Shown here piece after piece: positions 9,693 through 24,112 of a DNA stretch of 64,000 nt. A model generated the notes under the pieces. The model made no database searches and had not been told where the DNA came from. It was given only the letters and a program-made list of their open reading frames with translations. The stretch covers positions 736,001 through 800,000 of the forward strand of contig CAWCRS010000005.1 in the NCBI GenBank assembly GCA_963798085.1. Reading direction: 5' to 3'. The position numbers and the translations under genes are program-made. The first letter of the stretch is position 1; the number at the start of each line of letters is the position of its first letter. The DNA comes from an uncultured Gemmatimonadales bacterium (GTDB taxonomy: Bacteria; Gemmatimonadota; Gemmatimonadetes; Longimicrobiales; RSA9).

Positions 9693-10672
9693 GCCTCGTC
9701 GACTTTCACAACCATTTCTATCCGCCGGAATACCTGCGTGCCCTGCGCGAAGGCGGCTCCAGCGTGCGCGTGACCACGGACCGCGAGGGCAACCCCGTAC
9801 TGCACTATCCCGGCGACTACAACGTGGCGGTGCGCGGCCATCGCGACATCGTCTATCGCCAGGAAGTGCTGGAAGAGGCCGGTGTCGACCGGCAGGTGCT
9901 CAGCTTCACGTCGCCGGGCACACACGTCGAGGAACCGAAGCGCGCGGTGGTGCTCGCGCGGCTCGTTAACGACGCGTTTGCCGAGATCGTGCGTGCCCGC
10001 GGCGAGCATTTCACAGCGCTGGCGACGCTGCCGCTCAATGATGCGCCCGCGTCGCTGCGTGAATTCCAGCGGGCCACCGACGAGCTGGGGTTGCCGGGTG
10101 CCATGCTGTTCAGCAATGTGAACGGTCTGTCCCTGGCGGATGAAGGCTACTGGCCGCTGTACGAGGCGGCGGCGGCGCGCGGGGCCGTGCTCTACATCCA
10201 CCCCATCCATCCGGTCGGCGTGGAAGCGATGACCGAGTACTGGCTCATGCCGCTCGTCGGGTTTCCCTTCGACACGACACTGGCTGCGGCCAAGCTGGTG
10301 TTCAGCGGCGTGGTGGAACGCTTCCCGGGAATCCGCTGGGTGCTCACCCACCTGGGCGGCGCCATTCCCTACCTGGCGGAGCGGCTGGACCGTGGCTTCG
10401 AGGCCTTCGAGGAGTGTCGTCGCTTCATCGATCGGCCGCCCAGCGACTACCTGCGCGCGTTCTGGTACGACACGGTCAACTTCAATCCCGCGGCGCTGCG
10501 GCTGGCGCTGGAATTCGCGGGACCCGGTCAGATCGTCGCGGGGAGCGACTATCCGCACGCGATCGGCAGCCTGGCGAAGATGAAGGAGAGCCTGGCTGCG
10601 CTCGAGCTGGCGGCGGATGCGCGGGCCGCCGTGACCGGCGGCAATGCCGAGCGACTGCTGAAGCTGCGTTAG
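9689..10672 (+). CDS. Amidohydrolase_2 family (ACMSD-like metal-dependent decarboxylase/hydrolase)
   Basis: DFHNH metal motif, YIHP, THLGGAIPY, GSDYPH, GGNAERLL; ATGA overlap with the permease stop. Confidence 0.9.
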   Translation: MSLVDFHNHFYPPEYLRALREGGSSVRVTTDREGNPVLHYPGDYNVAVRGHRDIVYRQEVLEEAGVDRQVLSFTSPGTHVEEPKRAVVLARLVNDAFAEIVRARGEHFTALATLPLNDAPASLREFQRATDELGLPGAMLFSNVNGLSLADEGYWPLYEAAAARGAVLYIHPIHPVGVEAMTEYWLMPLVGFPFDTTLAAAKLVFSGVVERFPGIRWVLTHLGGAIPYLAERLDRGFEAFEECRRFIDRPPSDYLRAFWYDTVNFNPAALRLALEFAGPGQIVAGSDYPHAIGSLAKMKESLAALELAADARAAVTGGNAERLLKLR

Positions 10673-10691
10673 CGGGCGGGGGACGCCGGGC

Positions 10692-14647
<3,956 letters not shown>

Positions 14648-14651
<4 letters not shown>

Positions 14652-16147
14652 GATGCCATCCTCGTACGCACCGCTTCCTCGCCCGCAGCGATGGGCTGCC
14701 CCGCCGCGGTGCGCTCCAGTTCCGCTTTCTGGTCAGCATTCCAGCTGCCAGTTCGCGCCATCCGTCCCCAAGAAGAATCGGCGCGTCGGAGCCAGCGCCA
14801 CATACCCTGGACCCGCCAGACCGCCGTGAGCTGCCGATACCCGAGGTTCTCGAAGACCGCGGCGGCCATGAGGGCCAGCACCTGGCGGACGCTCGGATAG
14901 GTGTCGTAGGAGGCTTCTTCCAGCAGCACGGCGGTGAGCGTCAGCACGATGCCCAGGCCCAGCGCCACGAGCGTGAACGCCAGGAAACCACCTGGTGTGA
15001 TCAGGTGGAGCGCGAAACCAATCCCCATGACCAGGTAGCCGGCGACCTCGAACAGCGGACCCAATCCTTCGAACAGCAGCAGGAAGGGCATGGCGAACCA
15101 GCCCAGCAGGCCGGCGCGCGGATGGAAGAGCAGTTCCCGGTGCAGCGTCATGCACTCCATGAGGCCGCGATGCCAGCGGATGCGCTGGTTGCGCAGCGTG
15201 CGCAGGTCCTCGGGCGCTTCCGTCCAGCACACGGGATCGGGCACGAAGCAGACGCGATAGGGCTTGCCCTGCAGGCGGAAATGACGATGGATGCGCAGCA
15301 CCAGGTCCATGTCTTCCGCGAGCGTTTCGTGGCTGTAGCCGCCCAGCTCAATGACCGTCTCCTTGTGGAACATGCCGAACGCGCCGGATATGAGCGGCAG
15401 TGCGTCGAGCGCGGAAAAGCCGATGCGGCCGAAGAGGAACGCGCGCAGGTACTCCACGATCTGCACCAGCGCCAGCGGATTGCGCGGCAGTCCCACCCGG
15501 GTCAGGAAGCCACCGCTCACTTCGCAGCCATTCAGGATGCGCACGATGCCGCCGGCGGCGACGGTGCGCGGGTCGTCCAGGAAGGGCTGCACCAGCAGGC
15601 GGATGCTGTTGCGCTGCAGCACGCTGTCCGCATCGAGAGGACAGACGAGTGGATAGCGCGCCGCATTGATGCCTGCGTTGGCGGCGTCGGATTTGCGCCC
15701 GCCATTTTCCTTGTCGACGACGCGCAGCTCAGGATGGATGCGCGACTGGTAGATGGTGCGTACCGGCTTGTGCGGCACGCGCGGACGGAAGGCTTCGGGA
15801 AAAGCGACGAGGTCGAATTCGCGTGTCAGAACGTCGAGCGTACCGTCCTTCGAGCCGTCGTTGACCACGATGATCTCGAATTCGGGATAGTCGGTCTGCA
15901 GCAGTGAGTGAACCGAGTCCGCAATGACGCTTTCCTCGTTGAATGCGGTGACAATGAGACTGACGGGCGGCTCGAAGCCGCTCTCGGGCTGTGGCAGACC
16001 GGAGAGCACGCGGCGGCGCACGTAGGGCGGCAGCGTGAAAAACGTCACGACATTGAGGATGATGTAGCCGCCGTTGATGCCTACGAAGAAGCCGAGTGCG
16101 ATCCACTGGAAGGCGTGAAAGAGGGACAGTGCAATGGCGGTCAGCAT
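14648..16147 (-). CDS. Processive GT2 glycosyltransferase (PgaC/IcaA-like)
   Basis: VNDGSKD, KENGGRK, LDADS, LAEDMD and QRIRW motifs; N- and C-terminal TM segments. Confidence 0.9.
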
Positions 16148-17217
16148 GCCAGCTCCCGTTCCGCGATCACCTGGCGCAGGATGTCGCGACCGTAGGGATC
16201 CTCGACCGTTTCGCTCAGCCGGCGCAGCCGGCGCGTGTCCATGAACGGCAGGCGCGCCAGGCTCTGTGCCACGCGGTAGCGCACCCACCACTGTGAATCG
16301 GCGAGCGCCACCACGAGATGTACCTCATCGTCGCGCGTTCCCATGCGGCCCAGGGTGAGCGCGGCCTGCAGGCGAACCTGCCAGTGCGGGCTGTACAGCA
16401 GGGCTCGCACGTCATCCAGCAGTGAGGGATCTTTCACGACGCGCAGTGCCGTGCTCACGACTTCGACAGCGTCGCTCTGCTGCAGGAAGCGGCGTATTAC
16501 GGGGGCGGCGGCATCCGCGTGCGCCAGCTCGAGCAGGCGTATCAGTCGCGGCGCGAGCGCCGGATCGGCGGCGGCCGCCGCCGCGGTGAGCGGCCCGGAA
16601 ACCGCGGCCGGCCCCGCCTCGGCCAGCACGGTCGCGACGCCCGCCGCCGGCCAGTCCTCGCGCTGTGCGATGAGATTCACGATGAGTGGTGCGGCGCGCA
16701 CGCCATCGATACGGGCGAGCGCCTTGGCTGCACACAGTGAGACCGTGGTGTCGGATTCCTGCACGATGCGCTCGAGGTCCGCACTCAGGGCGAGGTCACC
16801 CAGGTGACCGGCCGCGGTGAGCGCAACCAGCCGGTTGCGCACGCCGCCGTGGCGCACGAGCCGCGCGACCTGGCGGTCCGCGCGCACCCGGATGGCCACG
16901 CGGTTGAGCCGGTCCCTCGCCTGATCGCGCAGGGTTTCCTGCAGAAAATTCCAGATCAACAGAAACTCCGGGACATCGCGCCGCCGCAGGCGAGGCAGTC
17001 GCGCGGGAAAATCATCGACGCAGGAGGCCAGCAGCGGCTCCCACACGGCGCGGAACTGCTGCGCCCGGCGGCGCCGCCTGGCCAGCAGCAGGCGCAGTCC
17101 CAGGATCTGGGCGAGCAGTACAGCCAGCAGCGCGGCGACGATGCGGAACAGCGACCACGCCACGGACTCGAAGACCACGGACGAAGCTGCGACCGGAATC
17201 AGGGCCGGAAACACCAT
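16141..17217 (-). CDS. Membrane-anchored HEAT-repeat protein
   Basis: N-terminal TM followed by an Arg run; HEAT repeats such as LLYSPHWQVRLQAALTLG and LADSQWWVRYRVAQSL. Confidence 0.82.
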   Translation of the reverse strand: MVFPALIPVAASSVVFESVAWSLFRIVAALLAVLLAQILGLRLLLARRRRRAQQFRAVWEPLLASCVDDFPARLPRLRRRDVPEFLLIWNFLQETLRDQARDRLNRVAIRVRADRQVARLVRHGGVRNRLVALTAAGHLGDLALSADLERIVQESDTTVSLCAAKALARIDGVRAAPLIVNLIAQREDWPAAGVATVLAEAGPAAVSGPLTAAAAAADPALAPRLIRLLELAHADAAAPVIRRFLQQSDAVEVVSTALRVVKDPSLLDDVRALLYSPHWQVRLQAALTLGRMGTRDDEVHLVVALADSQWWVRYRVAQSLARLPFMDTRRLRRLSETVEDPYGRDILRQVIAERELAC

Positions 17218-17249
17218 GCGGCAACCCGCCGGACCGGGTTAACAGTGTG

Positions 17250-17681
17250 TCAGGGCAGAAAGCGACGGACGCGCGCGGCCAGTTCCTCGAGCTTGAACGG
17301 CTTGACCACGTAATCGTTGGCGCCGGCATCCAGCGCGCGAACGACGTTGCGCTCCTGCGCCTTCGCCGTGAGCATGATGACGGGGACTTCCTCCCAGCCG
17401 GGCGTGGCGCGCATCTGCTTGATGACCTCGAAGCCGTCCTTGTAGGGCAGCATGAGGTCGAGCAGGACGAGACCCGGCGGCTCACCATTGAGACGCGCGA
17501 CGGCCTGCCGCCCGTCCACCGCGGTTTCGACGCGGTACCCACGCCGCTCCAGCAGATGGCGCAGCATGGTCACGATGATCCCGTTGTCCTCTACCACCAT
17601 GACCGTGCGCGGGCGATCGCCCTGCGCCGGTGTCGCTTCCTCTACCGGCTTCACCATGGCTGCATCTTCACTGGCCATCAT
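17250..17681 (-). CDS. Single-domain response regulator
   Basis: VVEDN, LLDLMLP, MLTA, DYVVKPF; start could be 17658. Confidence 0.9.
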   Translation of the reverse strand: MMASEDAAMVKPVEEATPAQGDRPRTVMVVEDNGIIVTMLRHLLERRGYRVETAVDGRQAVARLNGEPPGLVLLDLMLPYKDGFEVIKQMRATPGWEEVPVIMLTAKAQERNVVRALDAGANDYVVKPFKLEELAARVRRFLP

Positions 17682-17895
17682 GCCGTATTTCCCCGCGTCC
17701 GATCAGGGTGCGAACCGCTCGTGCGCACGCACCTGCCGCCGCCGCCGGATTCCGGCCAACGCCGCCAGCTGTCTCCTGCCTGCGCGCACACGACTCGCGT
17801 ACGCCTGTGAGGAGTATCGGCCGCGTACGGGGAGTTCCTTAGGTCGCGGGAAAACGCTGCGGGTTGCCGGGCGCTGGTTGCTGGGGCAACGAATT

Positions 17896-19989
17896 TCAAT
17901 CCGTTCCGACCTGCCACTGCCAGAACAACAAGGCGTCCGTCATGTCTTCGATCTGCTTGTTGACGGGAGCGCCGCCGGAGTGGCCGGACCTGGTGTCGTA
18001 CAGGAGCAGCACGGGATGCCTGCCGCTGGTGGCGGCCTGCAGGCGGGCGGTCATTTTGCGCGCGTGCAGGGGCGCGACGCGCGTGTCGCCATCGCCGGTG
18101 ACCAGCAGCACGGCAGGATAGTCAACACCCTGTTTGACGTTCTGGTAGGGCGAGTAGGCGAGCAGCGCGGGGAACTGGTCGGCATTGTCCGCGGAGCCGT
18201 ACTCGGGGACCCAGAAGGACGCGACCAGGAATTTCTGGTAGCGGATCATGTCGAGCAGCGGATACTCGCAGATGACGGCGCGGAAGAGATCGGGCCGCTG
18301 CGTGAGCGCGGCGCCCACCAGCAACCCGCCGTTGCTGCCGCCCTCGATGCCCAGCTTCTGCGGATTCGTGTACTTCTGTTCGACCAGGTATTGCGCAGCG
18401 CCAATGAAGTCATCGAAAACATGCTGTTTGCCGCCCAGCATGCCGGCCTGGTGCCAGGCTTCCCCGAATTCGCCGCCGCCGCGCAGGTTGGCCAGGGCAT
18501 AGACACCGCCGTGTTCGGCTACGATCACGGCTTCTGTGGAGAAGCCGGGTGTCAGGCTGATGTTGAAGCCGCCGTAGCCGGTGAGCAGCACCGGGTTCTG
18601 TCCGTTCCGCTGCAGATCCTTGCGATGCACGAGGAACATGGGCACGCGCGTGCTGTCCTTCGAGCGATACCAGACCTGTTCCACGGTCAGATCTTCCGCG
18701 TGAATGGGCACGCGTGGAGCGAACCAGACGCTGCGCTCGCCGGTGCCGGCGTCGTAGCGGTAGGTCGTGGCCGGGATGTAGAACGATGTGAACGTGTAGA
18801 ACACCTCGCTGCTGCCCCAGCGTCCGCCCACGCCCGCCACACTGCCGACCGCAGGCAGCTCCATGCTCTGCTGGTGGCGGCCATCGAGGTCATACGTGTC
18901 GAGGCGCGACTGCACATCCTTCAGTGTGGTGACGAAGAGTCGGCCGGCCACCGCGGAAACCGCTTCGATCACGGCATCGCCGGCCGGCACGATCTCCTTC
19001 CAGGCCGCGCGCTCGGGATGCGCCAGCGATACGCGCAGCACGCGACCGTTGGGCGCGTTCCAGTTGGTCTGCAGCACGACATCGTTGCCCGCGAACGACG
19101 GCAGGAAGCGCGCGGGTATGTCGGAAACGAGTGTGCGCACGGGCCCATCCCGGGTCAGGTCCTTGTAGTGCACCTCGGTCTGGTCCGCCGCGGATCCGTG
19201 GAACACGATGATGCCCAGCCAGTGCCCGTCGTCCGTGGTCGATGTGATGATGATCTTCTCGGGGGTGTAGCCCTCACCGAAGATCAGCCGGTCGGGTGCG
19301 CTGCCGTGCATGTCGTGATACCAGACGCGCGCACCCGTGCTGTCGCCGCGCGAATAGTAGACGCCGCTGCGATCGGGCAGCATGCTGACACCGTAATAGC
19401 GGGCACGCGGCAGCTTGTAGTCGAGGTCCTTTGCCGTCGCAACATCGAAGAAGCGGACCTCGGTCTCGTCTTCCCCACCCTGCCGCACGTCGTAGGTGAC
19501 GAGGTCTCCATTGCGCGAGACGCCGTTCAGGCTCACGCTGGTGCGCATGTCCGGGCTCATGCCCGCCGGATCGATAAGCCTGCGGTCGACGCCCTGGCGG
19601 CCTTCCCGCATGTAGATCACCGGCAGCTGCTGGTCCGCCGCGCGCTTCATGAAGAAGTAGCGGCCGCCATGCTCGACGGGCGGCGTGACATCGTCGACGC
19701 GCAGCAGCTCGGCAATGCGGTCCTGCAGGGCGGCGCGACCGGGCACGGTGTCGAGAATCGCGTGCGCGTAGCGGTTCTGCGCATCGATCCAGGCGCGCGT
19801 CTCCGGACTCTGCTGATCCTCGAGCCAGCGATAGGGATCCGGCACCGGCGTGCCGTGCAGCGTATCGGTCACCACCGTGACCCGCGTCGCTGGCGGCGCG
19901 TTAGCGCTCCGGCCTTCGCCACACGCCGCAGCCAGCAGCGCGAGCACCAGCACCCCCAGCCGCAGAACCCGCCCATCCAGACCGTCCAT
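17896..19989 (-). CDS. Prolyl oligopeptidase (S9A), lipoprotein
   Basis: Lipobox AAAC; DPYRWLED; GYGGF; NLRGGGEFG; catalytic GGSNGG, DTRV and GH. Confidence 0.93.
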   Translation of the reverse strand: MDGLDGRVLRLGVLVLALLAAACGEGRSANAPPATRVTVVTDTLHGTPVPDPYRWLEDQQSPETRAWIDAQNRYAHAILDTVPGRAALQDRIAELLRVDDVTPPVEHGGRYFFMKRAADQQLPVIYMREGRQGVDRRLIDPAGMSPDMRTSVSLNGVSRNGDLVTYDVRQGGEDETEVRFFDVATAKDLDYKLPRARYYGVSMLPDRSGVYYSRGDSTGARVWYHDMHGSAPDRLIFGEGYTPEKIIITSTTDDGHWLGIIVFHGSAADQTEVHYKDLTRDGPVRTLVSDIPARFLPSFAGNDVVLQTNWNAPNGRVLRVSLAHPERAAWKEIVPAGDAVIEAVSAVAGRLFVTTLKDVQSRLDTYDLDGRHQQSMELPAVGSVAGVGGRWGSSEVFYTFTSFYIPATTYRYDAGTGERSVWFAPRVPIHAEDLTVEQVWYRSKDSTRVPMFLVHRKDLQRNGQNPVLLTGYGGFNISLTPGFSTEAVIVAEHGGVYALANLRGGGEFGEAWHQAGMLGGKQHVFDDFIGAAQYLVEQKYTNPQKLGIEGGSNGGLLVGAALTQRPDLFRAVICEYPLLDMIRYQKFLVASFWVPEYGSADNADQFPALLAYSPYQNVKQGVDYPAVLLVTGDGDTRVAPLHARKMTARLQAATSGRHPVLLLYDTRSGHSGGAPVNKQIEDMTDALLFWQWQVGTD

Positions 19990-20067
19990 GATCGCATCGT
20001 CCTTTGCCAGTGCCGAATCGCGCACCACGCACCTGACCATCAGTTAAGCGCTACGCAGTTCAGTCCG

Positions 20068-20562
20068 TCAGAAGTCCAACCCCGAATCATCGACATGCGC
20101 GGGATCGTCCTCGCGTCCCATGCGGCGCGCCTGGTCGGCGGTGAGCGGCTGGCGTCCGGCGAAACCGCCGTCGACCTCGTGCCAGGCGGCGATACGGCGC
20201 TCGCCACTGCGCCAGCAGAGGTAGACCCAGCGACCCTGCCAGGTGGTGGGAAAATCGAGCAGTCCCTCGGCGAGTCCGCCGGCGGGAAAGCGAATGCCGC
20301 GCGCCGCAATCTCCTGTTCCACCAGCGCCTCGATCTCGTGCGCCGCGGTACGAATGGCGGACTGGTGCTGATTGAACTCGGCGTGATCCGGATTGTCCGG
20401 CTGGCGCACGCGCTCGCCCCACAGCACGTCGAGCAGCTGCAGCTGTTCGTGCCGGTCCTCGAGCGCGTGAGCGTGCTCACGCATGCCCGCGATCACCTCT
20501 TCCAGGCGAGGCAGCAGCTGATTGGCTTCATCGACGGTGTAGGCCTTGCGCATGTCGCTCAT
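20068..20562 (-). CDS. DUF2203 family protein
   Basis: [11 protein letters not shown]...GLLDFP...VYLCWRSGE...[14 protein letters not shown]; start overlaps the upstream stop. Confidence 0.85.
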   Translation of the reverse strand: MSDMRKAYTVDEANQLLPRLEEVIAGMREHAHALEDRHEQLQLLDVLWGERVRQPDNPDHAEFNQHQSAIRTAAHEIEALVEQEIAARGIRFPAGGLAEGLLDFPTTWQGRWVYLCWRSGERRIAAWHEVDGGFAGRQPLTADQARRMGREDDPAHVDDSGLDF

Positions 20563-23558
20563 CAGTAATTGGAACCCAGTTCCAGATAGAAGCGCACGCC
20601 ATCCGATGGTCCGCGCACGGGCGCACCGAAACCGCCGCGCAGCCGGCCCGTGAAGATGCCGGCGAATCCGATGTCGAAGACCAGTTCGGCGCCCGTACCC
20701 ATGATGGGGGTCGGCACACTCTCGGCAAAGGCGCAGGTCGCACTGATGCGGCGTTGCGCGCTCGTGCACCAGGCATCGCCGGCGTCGAGGAACGCGGCGG
20801 CGGACACGCGGTCGATGAAGAAGGGACTGAGCAGCGGGCGCCGTCCCATGAGTGCGAGCGGCACGCGCCATTCGGCACTCGCCGTCCAGGCGCGCGAGCC
20901 GGCCAGCGCGCCGTAGCGGAAACCACGCACGGGCAGCAGTCGCGAGCCGCCCGAGATGCCGTAGCCGAGGACGTTCGCCGCGCCACCGGTACTGCCGCCC
21001 ACGCGCTGCAGCGAAGCACCCGGCCCGTCGCTCAGGAAGCCGCTGGCGCGCAGCGCCAGCACATGGTGCGCGAAAGCGCCCAGCGAGACCGCCCGGTACA
21101 GCGCAGCCAGGCCGCGCAGCTCATTGAAGTCACGCGGGTGTGCGCCCGTCGAGTCGCGGAACACGGTGCCCGCATCCTCGAGCGAGCGCTTGGCGCTCAG
21201 CGCCAGCAGCACGCCGTTCTCCCGGCTCACTGCCAGCGGTGGCGTTCGGGTGTTGGCGAAGGACAGCCGGCCCAGCAGGTCGAACTGGTGATCCTCGGGA
21301 TCCGCCAGGCGGAATCCGGGCGCGTCCAGCCGGTCCTTGAAGATCTCGCGCTCCACGCCCACCGAAAGCAATGTCGTGTTACGCCAGCGCCGGCGCTGCA
21401 GCGTGATCAGGCCGGCCAGCGCGTCGTCACGCTCCAGCAGCTGCCCGAACGACGTGTCCGGCGGCGTCCGCCGGGTGTCGATCAGGCGCAGTGTGCCCAG
21501 GTCATCCCAGCTGCGGCTGGCCTCGATGCTGAACAGCGGATTGCCTAACCGTGCGTTTGTGTAGTCGAAGAAGCCATTCCAGCGGCCCGAGCCCTGCACG
21601 TCGAACGTCAGCTCCGCCGTGAAGGCGTGACGGCCCACCAGATCCTGGCCCGCGATGGCGGCACCCAGGAAAGTTCCGGCGCCGGCATTGTCGTACAGCA
21701 CGGGCTGCCACGCTTTCGGTGCGAGCGACTGCCAGGGTGAGTAGGCCCGCCTCGCAAGAGGCGCCGCGACATCGCCATCACCACCCGATTCGCTCTGCTG
21801 CGCCAGCACGCGCGCGGGCTGCGGATCACGCCACGCCGCCGGATCGAATGGCATGCGCTCGATGGCGTAGCCGTTGGCGTGGTAGCCGGAGAAATAGATG
21901 GTGCGGCCGTCGCGCGAGATCTCCGGATCGAAGGCGCCGCCCAGAACGCTGGTGACCTGACGCAGCCTCGGAGGCGCATCGTCGCCCGCACTGACGGCAT
22001 AGAGGTTGGCGATGCCGGTACGGTCCGACGAGAAGAGGACCCAGCGACCGTCGGGTGACCACGTGGGCGCCACATTCAAGGCGAGGCCTGTGGCCAGTGT
22101 GGCCTGTACCTGGCCGGTCGTGTCCAGCACGACGATGTCATAGTCGCCGCCGCGGCGGAAGCGGCCCGCGGCGATGCGTGTGCCGTCGGGTGACCAGCGC
22201 GGGAACGTCCAGAGAACGGCGGGATCCGCGGCCGTGAGCGGCGTCGTGGTGCGCGTGGACATGCGGAACAGCGCGAGACGAGCCGCGCCGTCCCCATTCT
22301 GCACGGCGATCACGCGCTCGCCATCGGATGCGACGTCCGGATTCTGCAGTCGTTGGCCATGCGTGAGCCGACCATCACCGCCCTGCATCTGCCACAGGTC
22401 GGAGCGAATGCGGTAGCTGCCATCGAATTCGAGCTGCGAGAGTACGATCGAGCCACGCGGCGTCCAGCTCATGGGCGCGAGCCCGTTGGTGCGCCATGAT
22501 GCGACTCGCCTGCCGGTGGCGAGATCGATCACGTACGTGGCCGTCACGTTGGCGCCATCTTCCGCGGCGTACGCGAGGCGCGCGCCGTCGGGAGAAACGC
22601 GCGGGCGACTGGCCCAGCGACCGTGTGTCGTGAGCCGCTCCGATGTTGTGAGGCCGGTTGCGCGCAGCGCGTCGGCCTGCTGCCGGAAGCGCTGCTCGAG
22701 CGCCGCACGCCAGGCGGCGTACGCATCGTCGAAGCTCATGCCGAACGTGCGCCTCGCCACCTGATCGAAGAACAGGAACGGGGGCAGCGCGGCACTCGCG
22801 GTATTGTTAACCATGCGTTTGTGCACGTCCGCGCCGAAGCGCTCGCTCAGGTACTCCATGAAGAGCGAGCCGTAAACGTACGCGCGTTGATCGCCGGGCC
22901 AGATGGGCGACGACTCGTTGAGCCGGTCCATGTGATCCGGCTCGCCTTCCAGCATGGCCATGCGCACGATCATCTCGTGGTTGCTGCCATGCGCGCGCCC
23001 CAGTCCGGTGAACGCCGATTCCACATCCACGGCCAGGCCTTCCGTGCTCCAGCGCGGTGTGTTCACGGCGGGAAACATGGGGAAGAGCAGCTGCATGCGG
23101 CCGAACACCGCGCGCATCGCGCGGCCCAGGCCGCCGCTGCGATCGAGATGGAAGATGTGCGTGACCTCGTGCGAGACGACGAGATCGATCCAGTCGTTGG
23201 TGTAGCCCAGCGCGGCGTCGTCCACGGCGGGTCGCGCGTAGATGGTCACCCGTGAAGAGGGGAAGACGCTGGCGAAGCCGTTCGAGAAATCGACATCGTC
23301 CGACAGCACAATGTCGATCCTGCTTCGCGGCGGACGCGTCAGGTCCTGCGCCAGGAACGTCCACGTCTGCTCCGCCACGCGCGACGCGCGCCGGGCCACG
23401 TCTTCGAGGCCCGGACCGTACGTGACACGGAAATGCGTCGACTCGAGCACGCGATACGGCGAGTTCGGGCGCACCTGTGCGACCACTGCCGCCGGCCCGG
23501 CGACGGACAGCGTCAGCAACCAGGCCAGCAGGGCTCGTTTGCGCATTCTCGTCGGCAT
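20562..23558 (-). CDS. Outer-membrane protein: zincin-like domain + TolB/PD40 propeller + Omp85-like barrel
   Basis: Signal peptide; HEVTH...PRWSTEGLA; repeated WSPDG/SPDG blades; PVRGF motif; C-terminal aromatic (FYLELGSNY). Confidence 0.8.
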   Translation of the reverse strand: MPTRMRKRALLAWLLTLSVAGPAAVVAQVRPNSPYRVLESTHFRVTYGPGLEDVARRASRVAEQTWTFLAQDLTRPPRSRIDIVLSDDVDFSNGFASVFPSSRVTIYARPAVDDAALGYTNDWIDLVVSHEVTHIFHLDRSGGLGRAMRAVFGRMQLLFPMFPAVNTPRWSTEGLAVDVESAFTGLGRAHGSNHEMIVRMAMLEGEPDHMDRLNESSPIWPGDQRAYVYGSLFMEYLSERFGADVHKRMVNNTASAALPPFLFFDQVARRTFGMSFDDAYAAWRAALEQRFRQQADALRATGLTTSERLTTHGRWASRPRVSPDGARLAYAAEDGANVTATYVIDLATGRRVASWRTNGLAPMSWTPRGSIVLSQLEFDGSYRIRSDLWQMQGGDGRLTHGQRLQNPDVASDGERVIAVQNGDGAARLALFRMSTRTTTPLTAADPAVLWTFPRWSPDGTRIAAGRFRRGGDYDIVVLDTTGQVQATLATGLALNVAPTWSPDGRWVLFSSDRTGIANLYAVSAGDDAPPRLRQVTSVLGGAFDPEISRDGRTIYFSGYHANGYAIERMPFDPAAWRDPQPARVLAQQSESGGDGDVAAPLARRAYSPWQSLAPKAWQPVLYDNAGAGTFLGAAIAGQDLVGRHAFTAELTFDVQGSGRWNGFFDYTNARLGNPLFSIEASRSWDDLGTLRLIDTRRTPPDTSFGQLLERDDALAGLITLQRRRWRNTTLLSVGVEREIFKDRLDAPGFRLADPEDHQFDLLGRLSFANTRTPPLAVSRENGVLLALSAKRSLEDAGTVFRDSTGAHPRDFNELRGLAALYRAVSLGAFAHHVLALRASGFLSDGPGASLQRVGGSTGGAANVLGYGISGGSRLLPVRGFRYGALAGSRAWTASAEWRVPLALMGRRPLLSPFFIDRVSAAAFLDAGDAWCTSAQRRISATCAFAESVPTPIMGTGAELVFDIGFAGIFTGRLRGGFGAPVRGPSDGVRFYLELGSNY

Positions 23559-23761
23559 GCGTGCTGCGTTGTGGTCGTCTCCAGCGCCCCAAGATAGGCC
23601 AACGCCGGGGCAGGTGCGAACCGGACGGGCCGGTCCGGGTTGCCACCGCGCGAGAGGCATATGAACCTTATGGATTCCGGAGTGCAACGTTCCTGGCAGG
23701 AACCCATGTCAAACCGGGCACGATACCCCTAATCTCGCGATGGGTGTGGAGGCTGCAGAAA

Positions 23762-24112
23762 ATGAGTGAGTCGATCAGGCTGCTGCGCGGTACGCTGGAC
23801 GTGATGGTGCTGAAGGCGCTGTCCTGGGGCCCCCTGCACGGGTACGCGATCTCGCGCTGGATCGCGGACACGACCGAGGACGCGTTCAGCATCCAGGAGG
23901 GTGCGCTCTATCCGGCGCTGCGCCGTCTGGAGGAGAAAGGGCTCGTGGAATCGCGCTGGGCTGTGACGGAAACGGGTCGCGAGGCACGCTTCTACCAGCT
24001 CACCGCCACGGGCCGCCAGCAGCTGGGCGCGGAAGTGCGGTTGTGGTCGCGCTACGTGCACGCCATGTCGCGCGTGCTGCAGGCGCTCTCGCCGCGAACG
24101 GAGGGCGCATGA
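23762..24112 (+). CDS. PadR family transcriptional regulator
   Basis: GGAGG RBS; LLRGTLDVMVLKAL...HGYAI...EGALYPALRRLE...RFYQLTATG. Confidence 0.93.
   Translation: MSESIRLLRGTLDVMVLKALSWGPLHGYAISRWIADTTEDAFSIQEGALYPALRRLEEKGLVESRWAVTETGREARFYQLTATGRQQLGAEVRLWSRYVHAMSRVLQALSPRTEGA

Noticed and set aside
17452..20568. 1038-aa plus-strand ORF
   Set aside because: Antisense to the prolyl oligopeptidase and DUF2203 genes; no recognisable domain
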